A stretch of DNA of 64,000 bases, taken from Phoronis australis (taxonomy: Eukaryota; Animalia; Phoronida). The notes below the pieces were generated by a model. It was not told the origin of the DNA and searched no databases. It saw only the letters and a list, made by a program, of their open reading frames with translations. Positions 51,901 to 64,000 of this stretch are shown here, piece after piece. The number at the start of each line of letters is the position of its first letter. Within the stretch, counting starts at the first letter, position 1. The stretch is from contig NMRA01000245.1 of assembly GCA_002633005.1 (NCBI GenBank), positions 372,001-436,000 on the forward strand, given 5' to 3'. Both the position numbers and the translations under genes were made by a program.

Positions 51901-54796
51901 CATGGCACGTGTTCGTGCTTGTCACTCAAATTCCTATTCTCTGCCAGCTGCTGTATCAACGATAAAAGGAGGTCAGTTCGCTAAAAAACTTGGAATGNGA
52001 CTCGTAATAGTCTGAAGGCTAGTGAATATGATAATTTGTCTATTACTGCACCAAAACATGTTTTTGCCTTCACAAGTTGGCTCTAGACATCTATGCCCGG
52101 TTGCATGAAACAGCCCCAAACAGGGACTCAGTTAAGTTCCCTAGTTCTTTTTGCGTATTTGTTTCGTTCTTTACTCAGTGATGTAGAATTTATTTTCCTG
52201 TATTTTATCTTTATTGTGAGCTCTTCTTTGAGTATTCCTTATATTTGGGGGTTGCATGAAAAGATCCCTACGTATTTTCAGCAATATTAAGAATTCAATG
52301 TAGACTTCACTCTCGGTTAGTGTCAAAGTCAAAAATTGACTTAGTAAATGAGACTCCAACAGCAAAAGAAAGGGCAATCGGTATCTTCACAAACTCACAC
52401 ATACGCAGTAGATTAAGGGAACTTAGTCAAGTCCATTTGCGTTACCTTGTTTCATGCAACCAGTCACATGGAGGAAATACAAAGACATGCGTGTCCACCA
52501 ACATCTAGTTCACAATAATTACATACTGGGCTTGAAAGGTGAAGTACCGAAGAAAGCAGCTGTAGTCGATGTCTCATTCACTACATTCCTTTATTGATTG
52601 ACAGGTGAATGTTGAGGTGATAACGAGCAGTGACCCCCAGGAGAGCCTTGTTGATGGTATGGTGTGGCCAGTGAGTGTTCCCCTGGAAGCTACCCCGCAA
52701 ACAGAGACGGTGACTGTTACACTGACACAGAACCCTGGCGAAGGTAACAGGAGTGGGTCATTTGGTCTGGCATTCGTGCAGGCGTTCAAAGCTTTTTGAC
52801 AAAATATTAGGACTTCAAATAAAACATGGAGGCCACTTTTAGAAAATCAAGAGGCATTTTACAAACTGTTGCCTTTTGTTCTGCTAGGTATTGGGTTCTC
52901 AAGTCTTAGCAATTTTTTCATGAAACATATGCAGCACAAAATTAAATGATATTCCTCCTTCAAATTCTGCTCCACAAAAAAGCGTGCATTCACCACATAG
53001 TTAGAAGCCCTTGAAAAAAGTGAAAATAGGACGTTTTTTTCTATTGTTTTTTGTTCGAAATTGGTGAGATTAATGGTATGCTATAAGTCAATGTGCTATG
53101 AAAACCAATCTTTGTACTCGAACTCCAAATCATTTCTTCACGTTTTCTGTTTTACTCTTGTGCAAACCTGTGATAAATGTGTATTAATCTGTGCCAAAGT
53201 ACGTTATGGTTTATGCAGATGAGTTTCGTGTTCTAGTTTGTATGATTTGGTAACACATAGATTCGAGCTGCAAACTCGAGTAAGATTTCAAGTAAAAATG
53301 AGAGATGTTGGGTTTAGACTGTAATGGTGGGGTCATCAAGTACTAGGATTAGTCATCCATGTAAGCCATTAATAATATGTTGATTACTGTATGAACTGAC
53401 AGAAGGCTAACATGATATATCCAAGGTGGAAACTTATCTCAATGATTGTTTCTGGCAAGTGAGTCGCACCATGTGACCAGACATGTCTAAGCTCCGCCCT
53501 CACATGATAATTACTGTTTTTATTGACAGATGGCCAACATGTTATATCCAAGGTGGAAACTCATCGCAGTGATGGCTCCAGTCAAGTGAGTCACATCGTG
53601 TGACCATACATGTCTAAGCTCCGCCTTCACATGATAATTACTGTTTTTATTGACAGATGGCCAACATGTGATATCCAAGGTGGAAACTCATCTCAGTGAC
53701 GGCTCCAGTCAAGTGAGTCACACCATATCTCCAGAGACTGCCCAGTTATTGTCCAAACTCCACCCTCACATGTTTCCAGCAGGATCCCTGATCAAGGTGA
53801 GGTCACATTCCTCAACTGCTGCTGCTGAATGTTGGTTGTAGATAGTTGTCTTGGGTTAAAAATGTGCATAAATTCTTCTTGGCTAGGATGCGCTCACTGT
53901 GGTCACCAAGTTTTTCTATTTGAAACTGCTTTGATTTGTTAATACATGCGAAGTGTCCACAAAAGTGTTCTTTTTGTATAATATGCAGTTGTCTATAAAT
54001 TAATTCCCAAAGTTACTATTTGTAATGTTGTGTTTTGAACGCAACGTGCAAATTAATGTTTTCTTTTATAGCATTTTGATTGCAAGAATAGTAATTCTTG
54101 ATATATTTTACTCAAAAATAATCAGCAAAATTTACAGTTTTCTGAAGCTGCATTTCCACACCTGTTCAAGATTTACATGTTGTATTTGTCTTGCAATTAA
54201 TGACAAACTTTGTGAACAATTCGTTTGGCCAGCCTGGAGCCAACAACATTTAAATCCTCCTCTACGGTAATTCTCATTGAATGGCATTTCAGGTACAGCA
54301 GCCACCCACTAGTCTTCCCAGCATCCAATTCTCCGTTGACGACACAGCTGATTCGTCATTTCAAATTGTTCCTGTTGGAAGTCACTTGGTAAACGAAGAT
54401 ACCAGCACCATCAGTGTTACTGAGATTCAAGGTGACTCACAGTGGTTTACTTCTTCCGTGAAAGTGTCACAACATCTTCTCTCTCTCTTCAATTTGATAG
54501 TATTTCATCATTTCCTTGGTTTCTTAGACAAATGTCCCACAAGTCTTACAGTGGTCTCATCCTGAATATAATTTGGCTGGTCACATGTGTGATCATGCTC
54601 AGGTGGTTGCGCTCATTCATGGAACGTGGGATTCATTGCTTCCATGAGGTGTTAACCATCGATTGTTCTGGGATAGTCTGTCATTTTTCACCTTGGTATT
54701 AGACTTGGCTCTCTTATTTTCATCCTAGGCTCTGAGCCGGCCCATCAACCTACGCTGGACGCTCATGATGATGATGATGATGACGGTCTTCAATGA
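39946..54796 (+). CDS. CARF: Calcium-responsive transcription factor (CaRF/ALS2CR8), about 607 aa
   Basis: Exons 39946-40117, 42423-42566 (copy 43921-44064), 42985-43214 (copy 44487-44716), 46306-46495, 47372-47483, 48009-48146, 50546-50743, 51268-51421, 52605-52743, 53657-53796, 54293-54431 and 54729-54796 have consistent phases using one copy of the duplicated pair. Motifs [65 protein letters not shown] and [17 protein letters not shown]. Confidence 0.92.
40441..40545. repeat. 21-bp tandem repeat, 5 copies
   Basis: GGTTKTTGGSTTTATCATTAT x5. Confidence 0.95.
48433..49262. mobile_element. PIF/Harbinger-type MITE (830 bp)
   Basis: TIRs of about 35 bp, GGGCTGTTCCAGTAAAATC.. and ..GATTTTGCTGGAACAGCCC, with 3-bp TTA on both sides. 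Confidence 0.75.
49397..50062. repeat. Minisatellite, 18 x 37 bp
   Basis: Consensus CATGTGGGACTGTTAGCTCARGAACATCACATSCTKT, head-to-tail with no spacers. Confidence 0.97.
51601..51997. mobile_element. Left end of a DNA transposon (hAT-like terminus) truncated by an assembly break
   Basis: Starts CAGAGCTGCCAACC exactly where the duplicated flank 51542-51600 diverges from its empty-site copy 51999-52057. Confidence 0.65.
53395..53720 (+). repeat. 127-bp-period tandem triplication spanning the acceptor and 5' half of a CaRF exon
   Basis: TGACAG|A..CCAAGGTGGAAACT..CAAGTGAGTC with exon-equivalent starts at 53403, 53530 and 53657. Confidence 0.9.
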
Positions 54797-54846
54797 ATCT
54801 CCTCGGTGCTCAGCTGAATCTAAACAGATTGTTATGTGGCTGTCCA

Positions 54847-54922
54847 ATTGACAAAGTGACAAGCATCAGTTTTGATTGACAAGCTGTCAAGCATCAGTTT
54901 GATTGACAAAGTGACAAGCATC
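54847..54922. repeat. 27-28-bp tandem repeat, about 3 copies, in the CaRF 3' UTR
   Basis: ATTGACAA..TG(A/T)CAAGCATCAGTTT repeated. Confidence 0.85.
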
Positions 54923-57900
54923 TGTAAGGAATAACACGTTATCTCTTCACTTTAGTGCTTTGGGCCACTCATGTATCATCGCAGCCGTCCGAAACAGAAA
55001 CTTCAGGCTGACAATATCACCGAAGCCGTGAAAATTTAACTGAAGCCATTGTTTCCAAAATTACTAACATTGTACCTGGTTCTTGGTCTAAAAGAAGGGC
55101 CTTTAAAGATAGTGACCCTATATGGAAAATGTGCACCGATTGTTTGAACGACCATGTCTGCAGATTCCTATTACCAGTGGAAATTGGTCTTTTCACTGAA
55201 CGCTAAATCTAACCTTGATTACATGTGGTTGGAGTCACATGACTTACGTAGAAAAAATGTCGGCTGACTCAAATTCTGGAGATTCTGAAAGTTGAAGTGT
55301 TCGAGGTTATGCCTGATTTCCCTGTTAAATTAACAATTTTTAACTTTTGAACTTGACAAAGTTTAGCCCAATATCGGTCAATCAGCTGAAAAATAAGATT
55401 GTTTTACTTCAAAATTTCCCCTTTGTTTCCTTGAGTTAGTGTATGAATTGCACCAACATAGCTGAAAAAAACTAACAACTTTTTTACTTTCTAGCAAGCT
55501 GTTTGGTATCATTTGTCAAAGTAAGGGCGCTATTTCTCTCCCCTGCCAAAATTTGACAATCAAATAATTTCAACAGGAAGGTTGCAGCATATCTGCATGG
55601 AAGCCAGTTGGCAAGGTCAGCCAAGTTCGATATCAGTTTGAATTCTATTAACCAGCACAACCAGTTTGAAATTACAAAATCCAGGTCAAAACTCTTGACC
55701 CAGCAGTTGCTACGTCAAACACTGGGCAGAGAAAAGTACTGTGTCGGGTATTGATAAATTGGTATTATTTATTTTCATCAAAGAGAAAAAAATGATACAA
55801 GCTTGGTGTATGTTGCAAATAAAAAACCTGATAGTCTTAAAACTTAACTTCAATGGAATTTTGTTATTTTATATGTGTTGGGGTAACCAGGTAGTCCTAG
55901 CAAAGCTTTAGCAAAATAAAACGCTAATTTAATCGCGCAAATGTAGGCCTGTCAAATGATGGGGGAAGCTGCCTTTTTGTGCCATATTGTGTCACTGCGA
56001 GATCCCAGCTCAAACAACAAAAGGCCGATAACAGTTTTATTGAATAGAGGTCTGAGAAGAAAACCATTGCAGCTGTTTGAATTAAAAAGTGATTCTTGCT
56101 GTAACGTAGACAAAAGCAAGCTAATACACCTAACTGTTCGTTACATTTGACAATTCATGGCACTATTGGGCTCAGACCGATGCATTTAAATACTGTAGGA
56201 ACCAATTTTACAGGTTTTACAGTTAAAGATTGCCTTTAAGATTTATGCTTGCAAAGTTGTCTAAGGGCTTCTAATGTACACGACAATCGTTTCCTTGACA
56301 CATCCATTTTTATTGTTATTTGTATACATCATGAAACTGATAAATAACTACGACAAAAGTAAATGTAAGTGGTCAATAATTCATATGCTTTAAAGTTGCA
56401 CTTCCTTTCTACTTACTGAAAAATGCGCTAAGCTCATTAAACTCGACTTAAAATATTTCCTTGCTATGACACGATAGGTATTTCACTGTTCAATTGAAAA
56501 CTAGAGATAAACTACCTATAACTAAAATTGATCAAGGTGACTTGGTCAGCTTTAGAATAGTTTTGTGTACTTGTAAATGCTCTGTGTGCTCTTCGAGACA
56601 ACAGAACTAGATTACCATCATGGTAAGGGAAATTTTGAGACTGATCTTGTAGGAGTAGGTGGCGTAGTTTGGATTTTACAGATGGCTGAATAGATCAAGG
56701 ACATACTGTTTTGATGACAGTGTCACGCTTGACATGATGCAAGATTTTCTCTGTTGGCTTCTCGTTTAATCCTGTGATCAGTATCGTATTAAAGTAATAT
56801 TCTAACAATGCAAGCTATTGGTTTATCTGTCCTATCTGTAAAAAGTGCATGAACTCTGTTAATGTCTGTTTCATTCCCGTATTGGTGTCTAAACTGTCAT
56901 TTTGTGAAACATTGTTTTGTTTAGCAACTGCGTACCGTGTACAGAGCAATTCCGTCATACCCGGAATTTGATTTGTTCCGGGCTCTCATGTCAAATATCT
57001 GAAGCAGCTGTCACAAAAAGCAGCTTTTGATTTGGACCACATACCATTGTGACCTCAACTTGTTCCTTAGTTGTGATTTCTGTGCTTGCTATTGCTCAAG
57101 AGCAGTCTATGCAGGCTGGCTTGTCATGGCGCATCATTTTGTTCGTGCAGCGTGATCTTGAGCAATAGCAAACTGTCAATTATTTGAAAAACCAAATATG
57201 TCTTCTGGTCCAAGTAAGACACAAGTTACGACCAATTTTAGAGCAGTAAGTGACATTCTAAATCAAAATTCAGTTGCCGGAATAGTTTATAGTCACTTAA
57301 AGGCATATTTTGTAAGTTATTGAATGTGTTATTGTTTGTATTATGGTGATGTTTGTGCAAGGCTAATCACTAGCACTTGTTTGGTAATAGTCTGATATAA
57401 TGAGCTCGCATTTTGAGAACCAGCTTTCTCCACTGAATATTGGGCATCAACTGGTTCTCAAAATGATGGCACATTATATCAAATTATTGCCCATGTATGT
57501 ATCACATGTTGTCATGTATTAATAGTATTCAACTTTATTGTCAACAAATGTGTTGACTCTGTGTTGGCCTCCCCGAAGAACCCATCGTTCTTTGGAAATG
57601 AATAAATTTTATTATGAAACAAAAACTGTTTTATATATACACAGCCTGTTTATTATTATGTGATACTGTACACAACTTATTGGGTAGTTGTTGACCTTGA
57701 TGTATTATTTTTTGATGTAGTATTTGTACATTACATAAGGTCGTATCTTTAATTTGCGTCGCTAACCAGCTTAATTATTTGTGCTAAACATGGGAGGTTT
57801 TAGGACGACTTTTGAGAAATCTCATCTGTGCATCCTGAGTGTTCCTCACTAATGGGTAATGGTAATATGAATGAGACTTGTGCATGTTTTAATTATAAAA

Positions 57901-60900
57901 TTTCTTACATTTTCCATGTTTCTCAGCAACTCTTCGCTATAACCTTTGAAACTCATAGGTCGTATTTGCCAGAATTGTGGATGGCAAGCAGTTTGTAATT
58001 GATACCTGGAAACTAAGAATATGCATTCTAGTCAGTATGGGTGATGGCAAGTGGGTGAGAACTTATGTCCTTGATATTGTTTCTAATGAAGTCACAGAAT
58101 GTGTGTAATATGGTAAGTGATGAAACTGTTGACAATTCGTGCGTGCACCCAGCCTAAAATATGTGGGGGCTCGAATTTTTCCTTATGCGGACCTTTTACT
58201 GAAAAAATCAACGAGGACAAAAATACAAAAAAAATGGGCCACTAGATTCAGGCCTACAAGTTGTGTGTCCGCGCCGACTTCCTGTGGACGTTGTGGACTT
58301 TTGTCTCGTTTAACTTTTTGCCCAATTCGCCTGGGTGTGCCCATGCAACTACTGAGCATGCCCAGTGATGTTTAGATCATGACTAAATCTTAAAAGCAAA
58401 TTTTTCATGGAGTTAACTGACTTCCCATAGTGGCATACAATTATGAGGTGGTTTGTGACATCAGGACGGTTCTAGGCACAAAAATTGAATGATAAGCTAC
58501 GAATCGACCTATTGCGAGTTTCCAAACTTAGCAGAAAGGAAGCGCAGGCATACCATCTTGTTTCATAAGGTTTCCGTAGCCCTACACATGGAAAACCAGC
58601 AGGAGGTCTTGCCAACCTCGGGGGAATTATGGTTGCGCAATAACAGGTTAGCACCACGACGCCATCTGAAGTGAGACAAAAATGTAATTTGCTTGTTATA
58701 TCGCAGAAGGTATTTCATAACTGATCAAACACAATTGCCATTCGGCGGATTCGGTTAAGTACATTAACTACACGTGTATGATAGTGACTTAGTTTATTAC
58801 ATTCAGCTCTTGATCAGTGGAATAACATTGGCATCACATTTATAATTTTGGCAATTTCATTTAAATACCGCGATACAGCTACTGACATAAAGCTATTACC
58901 AAAATCTCAATAAAATCCTGCTATCTGTTTCCGTTCTGTAATTTTTCTATAACAATCATTGTCAGACAAAAAAGCAACATAACATGAATTGGTTCTAAAT
59001 TAAAAGCTTTTTTTACATTCCACGGAAATGCTGGATGTATAGAACAAGTTAAAAAGGATGGCAAAAGGACCAACTATGATAACTAAAACATAAAACAGTA
59101 AAATTGAAAACGGGGTTTAATGATGAACAGCAATGGCATATCGTAAAACCCTGTCATTTGAAGACGAAGTACAAATTAAAGCACAAGTGGTTTACATATC
59201 AAAATCTTGATTATACATAGCTGTGTTGAGATTTTTCAAAACTCCTTTCTCTCAGCAAACTGATTTGCAATAAATTGCGTGAACCTCTATTGTGCTTTGA
59301 TGAGTTCAAAGTAACCCAACTATTGACCAATCCAGACTTGCATCCGAATCAAATTTTTACTAAATGGAGGAGCTAAAACCTTGAGCAACAGTATTTCTGT
59401 AGATTTTCAGTCTTGTGAACGGAAAGAAAACAAAGGACGGAGAAATAATTCATGGCCAGACTCATAATTACATTCTCTAAATCCAATGGGAATGGGATTG
59501 TAGACATTAAAATCCAATAGCTCAACCATTTGCCAAGTGCTGAAACGTGACAATAGCACAAATATGGAAGATTATGCATACAATGTGCTTTATGCCTGAG
59601 CAAAGTAACTTACATTTCATGGATACTGCAGAAAGACAATTCCGGTCTGGGCTATTCAAAACCCATAAGGGGTTATAAAACAAATATCTTCTCATCCAGG
59701 ACCATACACCCCTTGTTAAGCTATGTTTACATACAAATGCCACCTAGGACTAACAGCAGGGTTCACAAAGAACTACTTTCACTGACCTTTCACGTCAATT
59801 TCAAAAGGTCAATTGCGTTTGAATGACACCGGTGATTTACAACAGTCTGCAAAATTCTAAGCCACTATGCAGACTAGTTAACCGCTCCAAGCCAAAATGC
59901 ACAACACTCGGAAATGACCACAAGTAGTGCTTGTAGAGGATTTTTAACACACATGCATCCACAACTGTTTCATCACGCAGTGAATGGTAAATATCACAAA
60001 ACCACAAAACATAATACAAATACTTCTGCTAAAAATCAGCAATATTACACACTCAAAATAACTGAGAAGGTTATGGTTTCCAAGGAATTATTAGAGCATA
60101 CTGTTCATAAAGATAATTTCATACAGCATCAGAGGCACCTTCCACCTAATCAACTTCATCTGGCACTAATACCCATGTGAACACAAGCACTTTCAACAAG
60201 GAATCAACAGTAGAGGGCAGCAGGTGCGAAACACGAGGATGAAGATTAAGTTCACAAATGAAATATTTCAACTTCAAATTACCACATGGTATTTGTGCAC
60301 AGATGGCAAAAATCATAATCACAAGTGCTGTTTTCACTATTGGTTACTTTTTATATAATAGACTTCATCTGGGACCAGATGTTCCTGGTGCAATTTGTTA
60401 TATAGACGCAGTTTTTAGCTATCCATAACGTATACATATCGTACAGTGTGTATATATCTTGGGATTCTAGCGACGATCCATTTCTTTAGTAACTGAGCTC
60501 AGAGCACCGATACTAGTCAAAAAATGAATGCTGTTCACAAAATTCTTTTTTCTGCCAGAAACATATCAGATGGTCAGTGTGCGATTTGGAAACATGACTC
60601 ACAAATCTTGGTGTTCATTTTTACAAATTTTTTTTATGAAATTCCCCTTTTTAGAGCTGTACTATGTTTACTAAACTTTTTGCCATGACTTTTATGGTTT
60701 GTGCTTCACATGGAGCTTTTTCAAAGAAAATACATTCCACGAACTTAGGGTTTTAAAAATTCTCCAAGGAAAATTCCTAGTTCAACTATTCCAGCACTAA
60801 AATTGTATTATATGGGTCTTCATTTTGACAGTAACTTTGTTAAGTGCTTAACTATGCTGCAATCTATTTTTCAAAGCTGTTCTTAAACACGGGCCCTGCC

Positions 60901-60968
60901 CTGGCATTGTGCACCTGCTGGCATCTCCCATTACACAACATGGTAGTTGTTTAACGTCTTTTGTCTAA

Positions 60969-63790
60969 TTACAGTTGAATTATTCGGGTCTTACACTGCC
61001 TCAGCTTCAACTTGGCCCTGACATGATCGTTGTACGAGTTACCCGCAGTGTTCTCAGCCGTTTTCCTCTGCGCTCTTGGACTCCCTGATGAGGTGAAGTT
61101 TGGCAACCCAAGAACATTCATCTTCTCTCTGAGCTTGGCAAATGGCGATGCACTATTGGTGTCCGTCTGGGTAGACAATTCCTCTATTTCTTCACTGGAT
61201 CTTGGGAAATGACCAACACTAAGTGAACTCGGCATTGAGTCGAGTATTTCATTGCTGGGAACGGACTGCGTAATGTCACTTTTCACTGAGATTTGATCGG
61301 ACAGGCATGTACGGTCATTTCCAGCTGAGCCTCCTTTACATTCATCCATAACAACACCTGTCCCCTGTTGACTAGTGACGTTACTATTCTGAGCATGTGA
61401 CGAACTGGACTCAACAGTTGAAGCACCTGTCCGTGCAGACAATCTGTGAAAATTATCTAATGTCTCTCCTAGGGGTGGATAATGGTCGTTATCTACTGAC
61501 ACGAAATACTTTGAGCTGACACTGCTCAACAACTTCCTGTTGGCGGCTTGTAGTTTTTCCGTTTCACTTTGTACGGGACTCCGTGATAAGATTCCACAGC
61601 TCTTCAGAACAAGATCACTATCCTTGGACGTGTGTTTGTTCAGCTCAATGTTCACGTGATTCGGTTGCAGCCCAGTTATACTTTCAGAGCTTTCACTGCT
61701 ACTGCTGTTAAGTTCTTGGGCAAGGTTACCGTTGTCCTCTGACCAAGTGTCACTCTCGTCACTTAGCTTGAACGCATCATTCCCAATACCTGTGTGAAAA
61801 CATGGCAAATCATTGAACCCGTCACTGCCCCAAAGTAATTTTACAGTGCTATTGATAAACAAATAGACAGTACACTAGACTAACCATTAAGGAAAGTTTA
61901 TCCACCACAAAATAATCTAAAAGTTACCTATAGTTAGTAGTCTAGAGAACCATAAATCTTGGTGATTTTTTTGTTTTTTAGAAACTACAAATGATCAACA
62001 TTTGATGAAGAAATCGGAACTGAAATTGGCCGATTCAAGAAATGTCATCATTTTATCTTGTATTACAGTAACAGTACGATCTGAATAGGCAAGGTCTTTT
62101 AAGACAATTAAAATTGTTTTAGGGCAATTATTGCACTACGGAACCAGGGGCGTGTATCAAACGTTGCAAGTCTGGTCTTTGCTAAAAAAGTCGTTAGTTC
62201 AATATTCACTTATTTAGCACACAATCTGGTCGACCAATGAAATTCTTCAGCGTTAAATTTCTCTACAAAAGTAAAAATTAAAGACATTTAGTCTTTCACA
62301 ATCATGGTTTGCAGTGTGTGGGAGGTTTGAGGTCATAAACGATACAATATTAATAAGTTTCCTGAGTTGCACGTCATTAAAACTTTAACCCCTGTCCTAT
62401 TGTTGGTTGCCCTTCAGAAAAGAACAGTCCAGTGGAACTGAACGAGAGTTGCATTAACTGCATAGTGCTCTCTGGACCTGTCCATTGTACTGGGGATTTC
62501 CGAGCCTGCACCAATGAAGAAAAACCCTTTACTGGGGCTTTTTCCAGTTCGTCTTGTATGTTTGACCAAATACATAAAGAATATGTGGTAATTGTCATTA
62601 TCTTTTATTATCTAATATTTTTTATTATTTATTATTTTTTTTATTATTTTGGCCCTTAAAAGGACCATTCATTATTTCAAGCCCACCCTGTCAACTGAGG
62701 CATTTTCAGACTTCTCTAAGAGTAGCCATGCTGTGTACAAAGTAGAATCAACCTCTTAAATATACTTTCAATCCCCGTCAATGAATGATGACGCTAAGAT
62801 TCGACTGGCAATACAGTAAAATCTCATAAAATTTAGGGCACAATATGGCCAACAGCTGCAATTTTATCTTCTTAGTTTTTCAAATAAAATAACATGGGAC
62901 CAAAGTAATGCTTTACCATGTTCAAGTATTGCATATCTACTATCACACACGATTTTGAAAACTTGTGGGCACTCGTCACAATGAAACAAGACCTTGAAAA
63001 ATGACAAAATGGTTATTTTCACAATTATTTTTGTTTGAAAACGGCGAGATTTACCATATAGCATTTTTTTCTAAAAAAAACTCTTGAGTGCTTTTCGGAC
63101 ACAAAATCACTTGGGAACTCCTCAGCAAAATGAGAGCAAATTTCATGCCAACATACCTGCAACACATCCCTCCTCTACCTCCTGTTGCACAGAGTCTTTG
63201 TTAGAGCTGCCACCAGGTGGCCCCAGTTTGCTCCTGTGCCAACTGATTCCAGGTATCTGCATTTTTATCATAGGCTTCAATCTACCAAGCCTGAAGGACA
63301 GAAGTAACTGAGTTTAATACGTTAATGAAGACTTTTGAAGCACTTCAATATTACACGTAAAACAATAAGTGCAATATCACGGTGTGCCTTTAAATTTGAA
63401 TTGTACTTGATCTAATAACAACGGCTATTAATTAGCCCATAATGTAAAATGAGCGACTGGATGTTTTGGCTTCCTCTCAGTCACCAGATGGCAAGACCCT
63501 CTTGTCCACGAGTCGGCTTATCTAGACCTTTACAAACAAATAATGCATAAACATACTAGAGCAATGTCAAGTCGAAATCTACATACCGCACTTTCTTGAT
63601 CGGATTTGTGAAGTTGGCAAGAGATTTCTTCATATGACTCATGGCATTACCAATGGCTTGAGCCTTTCTGCTAGCTTCAGCTTGAATGTGATTTGCTGAA
63701 ATGTCTCGCGTCAGAGACCTCTGGAGGGTAGCAGCAGACATCTCAGCGTTAATGATTGGAATGACATGAGGGTGAGGCTTTGTATGCTTC
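60969..63790 (-). CDS. INPP5F: Phosphatidylinositide phosphatase SAC2 (INPP5F), 3' portion; gene continues beyond the window
   Basis: Exons 63790-63587, 63290-63157 and 61789-60969 have matching phases. The C-terminal SPFAKLR and QCKTRIIQL* match INPP5F (SPFAKIR..QCQTRIIQI), and RKHTKPHPHVI resembles RKSSKPHEDII. Confidence 0.8.
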
Positions 63791-64000
63791 CTATGGGGCG
63801 TAAATTCAACAATCTCAGTTTTGTTGCAGAATAACAACATGAAACTTATATAAAAAGATACCAAACCTGGTTTTGACCTCTTAACAAATATCAGAAACAA
63901 CTTTTCTATCCACTGCAACAAAATAATGCTCTGGAACCTTTGACAACACAAACAAATTTGGACAAAAATTGCAAAACACCTTACAAAGTCTGCTCAAACG

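Noticed and set aside
62377-62598. Additional INPP5F exon
   Set aside because: The flanking exons already join in phase and the peptide shows no INPP5F similarity; it looks repeat-derived.

Overview
This is intron-rich, AT-rich animal (invertebrate-like) genomic DNA, not prokaryotic. I could reconstruct six protein-coding genes exon by exon, with canonical GT-AG sites and consistent phases: an SLC46/PCFT-family transporter (+), SAMTOR/BMT2 (-), TMEM168 (+), a 68-aa two-exon COX8-like gene (-) that the ORF track splits and hides, a CaRF calcium-responsive transcription factor (+), and the last three exons of INPP5F/SAC2 (-). SAMTOR/TMEM168 and COX8/CaRF are each arranged head-to-head. Introns are crowded with transposon relics: a Kolobok-type element inside a LINE, nested hAT-type MITEs, a 900-bp element with 265-bp TIRs and a 9-bp TSD, and a Harbinger-type MITE. 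There is also an 18 x 37-bp minisatellite and a locally templated 1.4-kb insertion with microhomology junctions. Four single N bases each separate near-identical duplicated blocks, most likely two haplotypes written in tandem by the assembler. I found no CRISPR array, rRNA or convincing tRNA, and no evidence of a wholly new multi-gene system. Gene identities come from recalled family motifs, not database searches.
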